From: Hamiltosporidium tvaerminnensis FI-OER-3-3
Lineage: Eukaryota > Fungi > Microsporidia
DNA length: 64,000 nucleotides
NCBI GenBank assembly: GCA_022605425.2
Contig: CM061249.1
Span: 744,001 to 808,000 of the forward strand
Direction of reading: 5' to 3'
The notes under the pieces were generated by a model. The model was given only the letters and a program-made list of their open reading frames with translations, made no database searches and had not been told where the DNA came from. Shown here piece by piece: positions 48,953 to 62,401 of the stretch. Position numbers and translations under genes: made by a program. Each line of letters starts with the position of its first letter. Positions within the stretch are counted from its first letter, which is position 1.

Positions 48953-51295
48953 ATGAATATTTTTACAGCTCGACATAATAGAGACCTCTTTAAAGCTATT
49001 TATTTGCATGGTTTTATTTTATTGCCGTACATTTTTTGTTTATTTGATTCCGTAGCTTCATATAAATATATTTATGATTTTGAGAGAAATTCGAATTCAA
49101 ATATTCTATTTTTTAATAATAAACCACAAAATGAAATGCGTTCTGATAGAAGCGATGTGGATTTTCAATATAAGTTTTTAAATGACTGTTCAATATTATA
49201 TTACGAAGTAACTCATGTTTTTATGTATGAAAAGGATAACTTCATTAGTTTTGAGGTTCTCAATCATATTTTGGCTTTACAGAAATCTGAAAAACTAAAC
49301 GGAATAATTGAGTGTAATTTCAATTTATACTATTTTTTGAAAACAACCAAGGAAATCACAGAAATACCTGATGAAATAAACCATACTAACATCAAAACTA
49401 TATTGTTGGGTTTGAAATGCTTAAAAGCCGTGAATTGCAAAAATATTACCAAATATATCCATGCTCTGCTTGTTAAAATACTTTTAAATCATAAAAAGAA
49501 TGCTTTAATGAAAAATTATATGTATCTGGGAGGACTGTTCGATTTAAATTTTTGGTCTAATATAGATGAATACATTAAGAAATCTTTTATTTCTGGGTTT
49601 CTCGAGATTTATATGCTAAAATATATTTTTTATGATGGAAATTTGATTGTATTGGAAAATGTCAAAAGCGATTATTATACCTCAATTTTCAATGACCACA
49701 TCCCTTATAAAAACATATTAATCAATAGCTGCAAAGTATTTTTATGTCTAGAAAAAATGCTATTGAATACATTAATTTTTAATTTCTTTCAAATTCTTTT
49801 AAATTTAATGAATTTAAAATCTTTAATATTAGATGGTTTAATAGAATATGAAATTCCGAATATAAAATTTAAATTTCATATTTTCTACCTAGAAACATTT
49901 AAATCGATAGTATTCTTTAATTTTATGAAGTCTTCTTCATCATTATTTCTTGAAAATCTTAGTGTTTTAATTAGAAATGATATAGAATTTCTACAATTAG
50001 AACTTCTAAAAGTATCTAGAAATGTTCTCAGATTATTATTGGACCAAAAAAATCCTATAGGATTGGTGTTAAAAAATGTTTCAATTCCTCATAGTACCGT
50101 CATTCTTAATCGTAATATTAATTTTTGCGAAAAATTAAGGTATGCACAATTTCAAAACGTAGGCATAAATCCATTTTGGTGGAATAATTTATTTTTTAAA
50201 AGTAATTTTCAAACTCTTATACTTTCTTTCAATACTATATCCTCAGAAGAATCGTTTATTAGGGAATTCAGTAAATCAAGGGGCACTGTTAGAGCCATAT
50301 TACACCTCGAAATTTCATTCTATTATACTGAAATACCTAAGGAATTTTTCGATTCATTATTAAATTTAAATCATTTGCGAACGCTAAAACTGCAAACTTA
50401 TAAAACAAATGAACAAACCGAAATATATTTGATTAATTCTATAAAAAACATGAATCGACTAGAAAATATAGATATAAGCCAGAATTTTTTTAGTACTAAA
50501 TCTTACAATATTCTTTTTATGAAAGATGGCATTGAAACTTTGTATTTGAAAAACGATGAATTTGAGATAAATATTTTAGAAATTGCTTTTACAGGTAACT
50601 ATAAATTATTAAAACAAATTGGTTTTTCAAATATGACGATCGGAATAACTGGCTTAATTGAGATATTTAAATTGGAAAACCTTGAAATGTTATCATTTGA
50701 ATGTTGCATTTTTGAATCAATTGATAATTTTTGTTTCTCTTATTCCAAATCACAGTATCTTAAATGCTTGCATTTACATGACTTAGATTTAAATACTAAT
50801 AACTTCGTGTATGCTTTAATAAAACTTGATTTTTTAGAAATTTTAGAAATATCCTCCTGTAAAATACAGCCAGGCCTTTTAACAGGGTTAGGTTTAATGT
50901 GTGATAAGAGCTTAAGTATTTTGTCGTTTAAATTTGGTTTTTTAAATTCCAATGATCTGAATAGAATAAAAAATATTAAAGTTTTAGAAGATCTAAATCT
51001 TATGGAATGTAGATTTTTTCAATGTAACTTTTGGGAATTAGGGAATGACTGCAAGTTTTTCAATTCTTTGAAAGTTTTAAATTTATGTGATGTTAAAATA
51101 AATATTGAAGACCTTAGATATTTAAGAAAATTTAAAAATTTAATGAAGTTGTCCCTGACAATTTCTGATTCATATATACTTTCCGAGAAAGATTGTTTAA
51201 TTTACTTATTAGCTCTTACTCACCTTTCTAAAAGTAAAATTAAGCTCGTTATTAAATCTAAACTTTTATATAGACTTTATATAAATGAGTTTTGA
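48953..51295 (+). CDS. Leucine-rich-repeat protein with an N-terminal hydrophobic segment (expanded, probably secreted family)
   Basis: 780-aa ORF with repeated LxxLxxLxL units (LNHLRTLKL, LENLEMLSF, LEILEISSC, LEDLNLMEC, LKVLNLCD). Confidence 0.85.
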   Translation: MNIFTARHNRDLFKAIYLHGFILLPYIFCLFDSVASYKYIYDFERNSNSNILFFNNKPQNEMRSDRSDVDFQYKFLNDCSILYYEVTHVFMYEKDNFISFEVLNHILALQKSEKLNGIIECNFNLYYFLKTTKEITEIPDEINHTNIKTILLGLKCLKAVNCKNITKYIHALLVKILLNHKKNALMKNYMYLGGLFDLNFWSNIDEYIKKSFISGFLEIYMLKYIFYDGNLIVLENVKSDYYTSIFNDHIPYKNILINSCKVFLCLEKMLLNTLIFNFFQILLNLMNLKSLILDGLIEYEIPNIKFKFHIFYLETFKSIVFFNFMKSSSSLFLENLSVLIRNDIEFLQLELLKVSRNVLRLLLDQKNPIGLVLKNVSIPHSTVILNRNINFCEKLRYAQFQNVGINPFWWNNLFFKSNFQTLILSFNTISSEESFIREFSKSRGTVRAILHLEISFYYTEIPKEFFDSLLNLNHLRTLKLQTYKTNEQTEIYLINSIKNMNRLENIDISQNFFSTKSYNILFMKDGIETLYLKNDEFEINILEIAFTGNYKLLKQIGFSNMTIGITGLIEIFKLENLEMLSFECCIFESIDNFCFSYSKSQYLKCLHLHDLDLNTNNFVYALIKLDFLEILEISSCKIQPGLLTGLGLMCDKSLSILSFKFGFLNSNDLNRIKNIKVLEDLNLMECRFFQCNFWELGNDCKFFNSLKVLNLCDVKINIEDLRYLRKFKNLMKLSLTISDSYILSEKDCLIYLLALTHLSKSKIKLVIKSKLLYRLYINEF

Positions 51296-54200
51296 CTGAG
51301 AATCTGTTTTTGACTGATTATATGAGCTTGCTATATTTTTTGTGTATGTCGAATAAGATGAGATATTTATACATTTAAAATTCCAAATTAATTTTGCAAT
51401 AAAAATTCTCGGGTACCTAATTTATTTGTTTCGTATTTGTATTTAGATTTTCTCGACTCGGCTTCAATAATTTATAATTTCAATCAAAATACATTGCAAC
51501 GATTCATTTAATTAATTTATTCCAATAATTTTCGACTTCGATATATTTAAAAAATATATGACAGTCAATCTGTTAATTCTGCGGGCTATAGATAATGACT
51601 ATATAATTGGAGTTTTTTTATTTTCGAAAAACCGTGATAGTGTATTACATTTCGAGACAATATTATAATACTACGATTTATTTAGTCATTTTAATAAATT
51701 AACAGCAATTATGTATAATGCTCTGTCAATCCTCCTCGCTAGCAAATAAGCAACCTTTATCGGGTGTTTTCGTGTAGAATCTCGCATTTCAAAGAGTTCA
51801 CACTCATTTTCATTTCTTTTTTTCCAGGTGTCGGTTAGCCACTATTGATTTAATTTCCTTCTTTTTCAAGTGCTTATTGCATTTTACAAATATAATATAA
51901 CGGAATCAATGTTTGTTGATTTAAATCATATGGGCTTAGTTCTATAGACAGCTAAATATATTGAGCATATTCAAAGATCATAAGACATAAATTTTCATAG
52001 TCTGCTTATTCATTCTCAATAATAATCCAAAACGCATTGGTAATAGAATATTCTTATAAAATTTATCAATATGTCGTATTCTATTTACCCTTCTGAATGT
52101 TTCCCATATATATCAGTTGACAGCTACACATACATCAAAAAATCTATACCGATCTGAAACAATATATATTAAACAAATGAAAAATCAATAGGAATAAATT
52201 CGAATAAAATTTTAATCTATAAACAATAATAAAAAAATCAGCATAAAAAATCTAAAAACAAGAATAAAATCTTCTATCGATTACATACCAAATATAAATA
52301 ATATGCACTTAACGATTTATCTTTCGCTAAGAATATAATAATTTTTATTTTTTTTAATATGAAGCATACCACAAAAAAAAATAACACTATGCACCCAGTA
52401 TAGCTATTTATGTGTATTTTAAGATATAACACTCTCAATTCATTAACAAATAATCAATAGATATATGTTTAAATCTGTGATTTGAGCCTAAATCGGTTGT
52501 ATAATAAACACATATTCGAAAATAAGCATAATTTAAAATTGGTTTTGGTAATATATTTTCTGTTACATGTTTCATTATTTCCAAAATTATAGAATGAACT
52601 TTAATACTTAATTTACAAACTCGGTTACTGGAAAATCTTAAATCTTAAACTTATATTTAGTGATGGAAAAAATAGACTTTTTAGTCTGAATTCGCTCAAG
52701 ATGATTTTTAAGATCAATATAACCTTTTTAGGATTATATAATGTGCAATGACATCAAATCGACACAAAGGAACCAAACCTATCTATACTAGCAGAAGATT
52801 TTCTCATTCCAGTACTATAAGAGTCATATTCTTAATTCTACATGGGTCAATTGATGATTCTTAAGGTAAATTAGAAATGAGAATTTCATATTTTACAGGC
52901 ATAAATATTTTATAATGGTAACTTTTTGTCGAATCGTTCTCGAGTTTATAAAAAGATATTTATTGTAAGTAGAAATACTATTTTTAAATCAGTTCTTTAT
53001 GTAATTATGTGTAATATTCAAACGGAAAATAATAGTAATTAAACGTAAGATTATGCTGATTTTTTTATATTTAGCAAAAAAAAATTGTGATTTTTAGAAA
53101 TATAGATAATAGCAATGATCATAGCACTTCATCTTCAAATTATTCAAATGTTAATCGAATAGTACAAAATTAAACAAAAACAAAAAATAGAAAAGAAATA
53201 AGAATATGTAGAAATATAAAGACGCTTTATTATTGGTAAAATCAACTCCTGATACTTCTATAGATCGTCTTTAAAAAAAATAAATTACATTGGTTGTTTA
53301 AAGCGAAAAAAACTACACAATGGATAAAATACAATCATTGAAAGAACGTTAAGAGTTTTGTCTTCTTTATATTTTTATTTCATCAACGCCCTTTGCATGT
53401 ATGATACAATCTGAAAATAATAATCTGTACCTCTTTTCATTTGTAAAGAATACTCAGCAATGTGTGATTCCAAGATTGTATTAAAATAATCGCATTTTCT
53501 GTAGAGGTTCTGGTGTTAAAAATTAGATTGAGTTGTCAAATAAAAACTCAATGCAAATATAATACGCATTGACAATTATTCACAATGAATAGTATCCATA
53601 TTTGAAGTATATCTTTGCATAAAAATGATATATTTCTGTGTTATATCTCCTTTTTTCCCCCTTAGATCTATGTTTACCCCGTTATTGAAACAATTCGTAT
53701 GTACTAGCCTTTTCCGAATCTCAAAATGCGCATCGGTGAACGAATAATACATTATTAAGCGTAGTATTTTGTTTAAATACTACACTTTACCCTAAAAAAT
53801 ATGCTTTAATAGGTAATTTCAAATATTTTGCAAGAGTCTGTTTGATCGCATATTTTTCAGCCAACTTTCCCTCGTGTTTTCGGATACCATAGCTGACTTT
53901 AGACTCTTATCCATTGAAATTTCCATAATTCAAGCACATGGTTATTTGTAAACATCTTTTCAATATTCAAAAGCTGTATTTGAGATACTCTTCTATTTAA
54001 AGCAGACTTTGAAGGTTTTTACACTTTTATGGCTCATTTTTGTTTCATTTGGTCTGAAAGATATATTTTGAATGAAAGCGACTAACGGTTTATCTGCCAA
54101 AGTTATTTTTCGTTTCCTCTGTTTCCATGGTCTATAAATCTTATCTCGGTGTCTACCATTGCCTTTTTGGTGTTACGACTCAAAATGTTTGATTTTCTTA

Positions 54201-54670
54201 AAGAACAAAAAAACTGGGATTTATAGACATCGATACCATATTTTCAATTCTTTCCCATTTGATCCTATCTATATGTGAGATCGGATGTGACATTGCTTTA
54301 TTTCCTATTGATTTGGAAATGAAAGCTTAGTAACTTTTTTGATGAGCTTCATATTTTTTTGATTGTTTTATGTTCTTGTTTTCTATTATACTTATAACTA
54401 TCTTGTTAATTAGATGAAATGGCTTTAGCTATTTAAAATTTGTTGTTTTAAAACATTTTATAATTTAATTTAATCTATATTTATTTGATTAACTTTTATT
54501 TCTTTTATTTTTAAAAAAATCAGTCTTATTCTAGTTTGGTGCATATAACTACGAAATTTTTATAAATAGTTCCTTTGTGCCTATCAAATATACTTTATGC
54601 CAAGAAATAGATTTAGAATTTTTTTGAGCTCCTATGATTTTATCTAATATATTTTATATTATATAGCCAA

Positions 54671-55404
54671 ATGTGGAGGGAGGATAACCACATAAAAAAC
54701 TTTCTGCTTGGCAATGAGTGTGTGAAACTGGTGTGAGATCATTGTTTGGATTTTTGGTGGGAATAAAACCACACTACATCTTTGGTTGTTCCATGGGAGT
54801 TGTTATGAGGAGGGGAGGTCTAAGAGATGGAGAAACTTTTTCTACAAATTTATTTGTAGTTTTTTATGTAACCAGATTGCAGACCGCAGCTGAACATGTA
54901 GGTAATTGCCATGTAAAAGCATGGAAACCTAGCCTTGCTCACTCGGGTTAGAAGACTTAGCGCCTGGGAGATAAAAAACAAAAAACCATATAAAGCCAGG
55001 AAAGCTAAGTAGCAGGTTATACCTGTTGGTATGACATTGCACTGTCTAGGTGGACCCCATGTAAATCTCTGAAATATATCTTAGCTAGAAGTTTATTGGG
55101 TTCAGAAAGTGTAGATTAAGTGGGAATGCTGCATAGTCTTGGGGGAGCCCAGGGGGGGCTTCGGCCTTCGATCACACTCCATGCAACGGACATTAACGAA
55201 CTCCGGGCAACTGCCTCGCCTAGTAATTAGGTTCTACACACCTGGTAGATGAAAGGCTTTGCAACGTAGGTATCGCAGGGGTTACCGATGGAGTGTTGGG
55301 GTAGCAGTTATTTATGTTAAACCTAGAACTGCGTTAATGTCATGAAAACAAATATAACACTTGCCACTGTTTTAAAAAAAGATGTGATAGTTTTAAATAA
55401 ATAG
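54671..55404 (+). mobile_element. SINE-like family copy D
   Basis: 12-bp TSD ttatatagccaa at 54659-54670 and 55405-55416. Nearly identical to copy B. Confidence 0.88.
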
Positions 55405-57863
55405 TTATATAGCCAATAATTATACAGATTTTAACGGTTAAAATAAATTACTGATACAGCGTTACAATCCGTAGCAATTTTATATAGGGTGTTGGTAGTT
55501 TGGTTTCCACCCTCTCGAGACTATAGTCTGTAGTCATCTGCAAGTTTCAAGCCTAACTAGAAGAGAAAAGCGGGAATATCAACCGAAACCGAATCTCATA
55601 AAAACAACTTTTTAAATTATAAACAAATTACAAAAATCAAACTGATCTTTTCAGATTATGAGCAAAATAAAGAAGAATTAAAATATAAAGTTATAGGGAA
55701 CAATTCACGGTGCGTAAATGTTGCAGAGCAGGTAATTCTATTATTCCAACGACATAGGCTATGATCATAATGTCAAAGTTTGTTACAGGGATAACTACTC
55801 GTTATTCTCAAAGGCATGGTTCCGATTGGTAACAAGGTAATTAATAAAAATTTAATCGTCTAAATTGCATCGAGGCAAAAATAGACTAAACAATGAAAAA
55901 ATTTATAGCGTGTTAAACTTCAAGCATAAGAAAATGGCTAAAACATACAATAATAAAATGACCTTCAATGTAGAGTTAAGAAGGAAGCCGGATTTTGACA
56001 TAAAACAAATTTAAATACGTTGAATTTTTAAAGCCATAGATAAATTCGGGAGTAAAAATTTTTAGGTATAATTTTAAAATGTAACAAAAAGTGTGTGCCT
56101 AAAAGAATAATCATTATGTGATTCCCGTCTCGTTTATTTTTCTCGATTAACTACCTCTATTTTGCAAAGCACTATTGATACTTTGTTAGCTGCAAAAGAA
56201 GAAGAACGGTCTACCTAAAAATATATATAACCAGAAAAAAACAAACTTGGCAATATACATATATACCTTCAAGCGATCTATCTAATTGACAAAAATTTTC
56301 CAAAAAATTTGACTTATACACTATACATGATAATTGTTTTTAATATAGGATTTCATAATAGAAAAGTTCGAAAAAGAAGATATCATATGATTAAGCTATA
56401 TAAAAAACGGTCGATATCTTACACTAATTCATTCAAATCGACAAAATATAGATTGTTATCAGGCCGTTCTATAAATTTATTGGTATTATGAAATAATTAT
56501 GTAAAAATTTTATCTTGATTCTGAAAAAAACGAAGTTTCATGTCATATTTTACTTTCAAAATTTTTTTTTAAAAGAAAAAACATAAGTTTTAGATCTGGA
56601 ATACCAGATTTATATTTCCCATTTAAATTTGGTATAAAAATCGTGTCTTTCTTCAAGTAAAACTTAAAATTTTTGATATAAAGCAAGACGAATTTAATAA
56701 TAATGGAGAAAGGTTTACATATAATGTTTAAAAATCTGTAATTAATTTAGTCTAGCTTTAAAGATAGTTTTACAACAAATAAAACATACTCCCACTATTA
56801 AAATAAATTATTTTACCTTTTTACATAATTCTTTTAAAAATATTTTCAAAGTATGTTTTTGTGGCAATTTAAGTTTTTTTTGTAAATGAGCATTTAATCC
56901 GTAGATATAATATGAAAACAATGAAATTTAAAATTATAGAGAAATTTAGCAAATATTTAAAGCTAAATGGTGATTTGAAAACTAAACTGGCATTTTTTTT
57001 CCTAACAAGTGAATATATCCAAAGATATATAGTAATTAAAGCTAAACAAGTGTTTATTTATCAATAATTTTAGAATACACGTTTAAAAACGAATGAAAGA
57101 TTTTTACAACTATAAAGAGATATTTTGGCGGTGGCCAAATTAAAATAAGTTCTAAAAATAACTCGCCTTTAAAATTTATTTTGAATCAAAGCCAAAGGTT
57201 TTAGAATGATTCGAAATTGAGGTGTATATATGAGATATTGTCACATTAAAGTAAAATATAACTAAAAATCACCTAAAATTAAATCAAAAATATAATAGAA
57301 ATGAAGTATTAAAGCTGAGTTTGTTTATAATAAATGGCTTCGATTTTTGACTGATATTTTGACGAAATAGCGGGATTCTAATAAATATTCATTAAAATAA
57401 ATTTATATATGGGAATACATTAAAAAAATATAATTTTTGCAATATTTGGATATTTAAAATTAGAAAAACGCGAAAAAGGCAATACAATTTGACCTTAAAT
57501 GTGAAAAAGTCTGAAGTTTTTATGTAAGTATATAATTAAATTTATATTTTTTTACACATATTTTTAATTTTTTTTTATATAATTTACTTTCTTACGCCAA
57601 AATTATTGTGTAAATCAAAATTTAAAACCAATATTCTTTGGTTGCATATGAAAAAATTTCTAGACTTTTTCCAGTTTTTTTTGGAATTTTTAATAAATAT
57701 ACGTTCGAGAATTATAATCGAACGTATCTTAGTTTCGATTTTTTTATATCACTAAGTTGTATAAATTTTCATAATTTTTAAATACGATTTTCTAAATTAA
57801 AAAATCCATTAAAATCAAGAAAATTAAAATATTTGTATAAATGTAAAACAAAAGACTTTTATT

Positions 57864-59249
57864 TCACCATTCCACATGTTCGTCTTCATCTTTTCCCAAG
57901 AATCTTACCATATGAGATCCAAAATAATCTCTCAGAGCTTGAATTATATTGCCACCTCCCCTCTTAGTATTTAAAATATCGAAAAATTCTAAACATGCAC
58001 TTAATACTGGAACTGGAATGCCTTTACAAATAGAAAACCCAACAACTTTTCTTAGATTTTGAATATTTTGCTTACAAATGTTTATAAAAATATCTGATAA
58101 TTCAAAGTTTTCATCAACTTCCTGAACAATATTTTCAATGACTTCTAAAAAATTACTTCGGATTATACAGCCATTTCTCCATATTCTTGTAATACTCGGT
58201 AAATTTAAATCCCAGTTGTTATTTTTAGACCCATTTCTTAGCAAATTGAATCCTTGAACATAAGAAACAGCTTTCGCCATAAAAAATGTTCGCTTTAAAT
58301 CATCTTCATTTAAATTTATATCATTCGTAATTTCTAAACAATCATCAATCTTTTTAGAAAAATCTATTCTTAAATCTTTTTGATTTGAAAGAAACCTGGA
58401 ATAAACTGATTCCGCCATCAAAGTTGAAGGTGTTGTATTTTCAATTGATGCTACAACGCACCATCTACCAGTTCCTTTCTGTTCACTTTTATCTTCGATA
58501 CTATTAATTATATATTCTTGTTTTTCTTTCTTTTTCAAAACCAATTCCATAACATTCAATAAATATCCAGAGAATTGATGTTCATCATTCCAAGATTTAA
58601 AAGTATCCGCCATTTTTTCATTTTCCATTCCCAAATATTTCATTATAAGATATAATTCAGAAAGAATAGCCATATCACCATATTCGATTCCATTATGAAC
58701 CATTTTAACGAAATGGCCTGAACCACCTTCCCCCATCCATTCACAACAAGGAAATTCATTTTCTCCGATTTTAAATTTAGCTGAAATTCCACACAAAAGT
58801 TCTTTAATTAGAACCCATCCTTCTTTATTCCCACCTGGCATTAACGACGGCCCATATCTTGCTCCATCTTCACCACCTGATATTCCACATCCAATATAAT
58901 TAAATCTTCCAAAATATTTATAACATCTTCTTTCAGTATCCAAATAATGAGAATTTCCACCATCTATAACAACTGCATTTATACCTAAAAAACCAGATAT
59001 TTCTTCTAGTATTTTATCGATAGCTGTACCTGCCATAACCATTATAAATATTATTTTAGGCTCTTTCAATGAAAAAATGAAATCCTCGAGTTTTTCATAT
59101 CCTTTTATAGTATTTTTGTTTGTTTCGGTTATAAATTCGATTGTTTTGTTGTATGTTCTGTTATAAACAGCTACACTATATCCATGATCTGCAATATTCA
59201 ATACAAGGTTTTTTCCCATTACTCCAAGTCCAATAAGTCCAACATCCAT
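57864..59249 (-). CDS. GND1: 6-phosphogluconate dehydrogenase, decarboxylating
   Basis: GLIGLGVMG, YNRT, IDGGNS, SGGEDGARYGPSLMPGG, GHFVKMVHNGIEYGDM, QKGTGRW, WRNGCIIRS, QALRDYFGSH. Confidence 0.97.
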   Translation of the reverse strand: MDVGLIGLGVMGKNLVLNIADHGYSVAVYNRTYNKTIEFITETNKNTIKGYEKLEDFIFSLKEPKIIFIMVMAGTAIDKILEEISGFLGINAVVIDGGNSHYLDTERRCYKYFGRFNYIGCGISGGEDGARYGPSLMPGGNKEGWVLIKELLCGISAKFKIGENEFPCCEWMGEGGSGHFVKMVHNGIEYGDMAILSELYLIMKYLGMENEKMADTFKSWNDEHQFSGYLLNVMELVLKKKEKQEYIINSIEDKSEQKGTGRWCVVASIENTTPSTLMAESVYSRFLSNQKDLRIDFSKKIDDCLEITNDINLNEDDLKRTFFMAKAVSYVQGFNLLRNGSKNNNWDLNLPSITRIWRNGCIIRSNFLEVIENIVQEVDENFELSDIFINICKQNIQNLRKVVGFSICKGIPVPVLSACLEFFDILNTKRGGGNIIQALRDYFGSHMVRFLGKDEDEHVEW

Positions 59250-60544
59250 ATGGGTTTATTTTTTTAGAAATAAATATTTTTTATCGAGAAGTAAATTCCA
59301 ATCTTTTTCAATGAAACTGTAAATTTTATAAAAATTTTTTTTTGCCTTAAATAAGTATACGGGATAAAAATAATTTGAGCAACGGTTCATAGATTCTGAA
59401 TATAAAAATAACTACAAAAATTTAGATTCATAAATTTGAGATTTGGTTTTTGGAAATATTGACTAAAAGAAAAAGATTTTAGACATTGTTTGATTTATAC
59501 AGTCATAGTTTATTTTTATTGCAAAAATTCAATTCAAATATTTTAAGAGTACTTTAAAATATTGTTATAACAATCATTTTTAATATTTTCTTTATATATT
59601 TTAAACCTCTTTATATTGATTTTATGATTATTTTTTTCTGGTATTAAAGTAGAATCTTACTTTAAAGCGCAAAAAAATTCGGAAAATTAAAAGTGACAAA
59701 ACTCTATAATAGGAAAAAACAGCTATCCACAAACAATACTTTCCATTAATTTACTATTTTAATTATATTTTTCGATATTTGATTGCATTTTTAATACAAA
59801 TATACTGTGTTAAAGGCTGACCAAGCACGTTTGAGTCCGTAAAAATACGATTTTTGTTATTAATTTTGGATGCGAATATAATCTACGGTTTCTTAAGTAT
59901 AATTATTTATTTCTTGAAACATTAGAACATAAATCCTTATAAATTACTCTTGATTTAAATAGAATCAATTCTAGCTTTTGATAATAATTAGTCGGAAATT
60001 TAAAATTTTCTACGATTTCAAGGGAATTCACTCCTCAAAGCTGATTTATTCATAAAAATATAATTCAAACATCTTTTTAAAATTTCTATATACCAAGAGA
60101 ATACAATTATTTTTTTAACTCTACCCTTAACCTTTTAGCTTTCCTAACTAAAAGAACAACAAAACCATCCTTTATAAATTGACTTTTTAAAATTTCAAAA
60201 ACATTTGCATATTTACTTATAATTTAAAATACTATAAAAATAATATTTTAAACCAATATTAAAGATTTTTGAACAGATATATAAGCTCAGAATCTGTAAT
60301 ATTCAATTGTTCATTTGTATCAATAATGTATATTTCCTTTTCCTTAAAACCAGATTTCGTTCACATAACCTAAAACTATCTCGAAATATTGCATATATTA
60401 TAAATTTTAATGCTTCTGTAATTTGAACTATTTTTTATGATTATAAAAATAGTAAAATGAATTTGTTATTATAAATATTTCGTAAGTCATTTCTGAATTT
60501 CGAAAACATTTTGTTAGATTTTTAGAATTTTCTATTGAATATTA

Positions 60545-61273
60545 ATTTAAAAATATCACATCTTTTTAAATCAGTGGCAAGTGTTATATTTGTTTTTATG
60601 ACATTAACGCAGTTCTAAGTTTAACATATATAACTGCTACCTCAACACTCCATCGGCAACCCCTGCGAAACCTACATCCCAAAGCCTTTCATCAACCAAG
60701 TGCGTAGAACCTAATTAATAGGCAAGGCAGTTGCCCGGTGTTCTTATTGTCCGTTGCATGGAATGTGATAGAAGGCCGAAGCCTCCACCTGGGCTCCCCC
60801 AAGACACTTCAGTATTCCCTCTTACTAAACACTTTCTAAACTCAATAAACTTTTAGCTAAGATATATATCAGAGATTTGCATGGGATCCACCTAGACAGT
60901 GCAATGTCATACCAATATGTATAACCTGCTACTTAGCTTTCTCGGCTTTTAATGGGTTTTAATTTAAATCTCCTAGGCGTTAAATCTCCTAACCCGAGTG
61001 AGCGAAGCTAGGTTTCCATGCTTTTACATGGTAATTAGCTACATGTTCAGCTGTAGTCTGCAATCTAGTTACATAAAAGACTATAAAATATATTTGTAGA
61101 AAAAGTTTCGCGTTTTCTTAGACCTCTCCTCCTCATAACAACTTCAATGGAACAATCGAAGATGTAATTTGGTTTTTATTCTACCGAAAAATTCAAACAA
61201 AGATCCTCACTCTAGTTTCACACATTATATGCTAAACAAGAGGTTGTTTAGGTGGTTATCCACCCTTCACCAC
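60545..61273 (-). mobile_element. SINE-like family copy E
   Basis: Full-length reverse-complement match to copies B and D. No clear TSD. Confidence 0.85.
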
Positions 61274-62042
61274 TCATATATTTTAATATAATTATAAATC
61301 TATAATACCACCTAAAGGTTTTATTCTTTTAAAGGAGTAAGACATATATTTGTTTCTAACCGAGATATAAATTTCATAAAGTTTTTTAATCAATTTAACT
61401 TATAATGATATTAGGATAGTTAAACAATATAAATTAAAAAACTTTTGAGCTAATAAAATTTTATATCGTACATTATGGTTTCTAATGAGCATTTATAATC
61501 TGAAATACATTTCCAATTATTTATTCACAGAAATCAGTTTTTTAAATTAAAGACTATATATTCCAGAAAGTATTTTCTAAGAAGAAATAATATTCATAAT
61601 TATTCTTAAAAATTGTAATGAGTTGCATAATAAGAAGGTATCAAATATATATTTTGCAATGTAAATAAATATAATCATAAATTATAGATAAAGTATTTCG
61701 TATTCTAAAAAGTAATATTTAAGCGTATAATCTTTATCCTGAAACAAAATATGTGTATTTTCATGAAATCTCAGTAATCCTACTGATTACTAACCATATA
61801 TTTCATTAAATTTTTCGTAATATACTAATAAAATATTTCTAAATTATTTAATTGTCATTAAATTTTTAAGTAATGAAATAATTAATTTTCTTGGTTTCTC
61901 TGAAAAACCTTAATTTAAATTATGGGCTTGTAAATATAAAAGGAATACTAACTTCTTGATATCACTAGGAAATTAAATTAACATCAGAGTCGAGTTTTAA
62001 CCTTACTTTAAATTATATATGGAATATGAAATATTATTTTTT

Positions 62043-62220
62043 AAACAGAAAAGGCTGTGAAGAGATTCTAGTAAAAATTGAAAAATAAGTGATATTTTTT
62101 TCCAACTGAATTTTTTAAATACCAAGGAGTAAACAGAAAAGGCTGTGGAGATTCATGGAAAAATTGAAAAATAAGTGATAATTTTTTTTCAACTGAGTTT
62201 TTGAAATACCAAGGAGGAAA
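62043..62220. repeat. ~88-bp tandem duplication upstream of the syntaxin gene
   Basis: aaacagaaaaggctgtg...aaaaattgaaaaataagtgata...aaataccaaggag occurs twice. Confidence 0.85.
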
Positions 62221-62401
62221 CCAATAAACTCATTGTTTACCTTTTTTTATAATTTGATACTTTCCCCAAAGAATTCTTACCGATTTTCTTTTTACTTATA
62301 ATTGAATCTTCTGAAGATTAAAAAAATTCTTTAAACAATAATTTGTGTATTTATTGTACTTAACCCCTTTAGATTTAAAGATTCCTAACTTAGAATAAAA
62401 A

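Noticed and set aside
54664-54673. tagccaaatg matches the 28S rRNA R2 target flank, and ttaagg occurs in the retroelement TSD
   Set aside because: These are short matches with no surrounding rRNA sequence and are not shared by copy B. They are probably chance.
54718-54951. 77-aa ORF inside SINE copy D
   Set aside because: It is not preserved in frame in the other copies.
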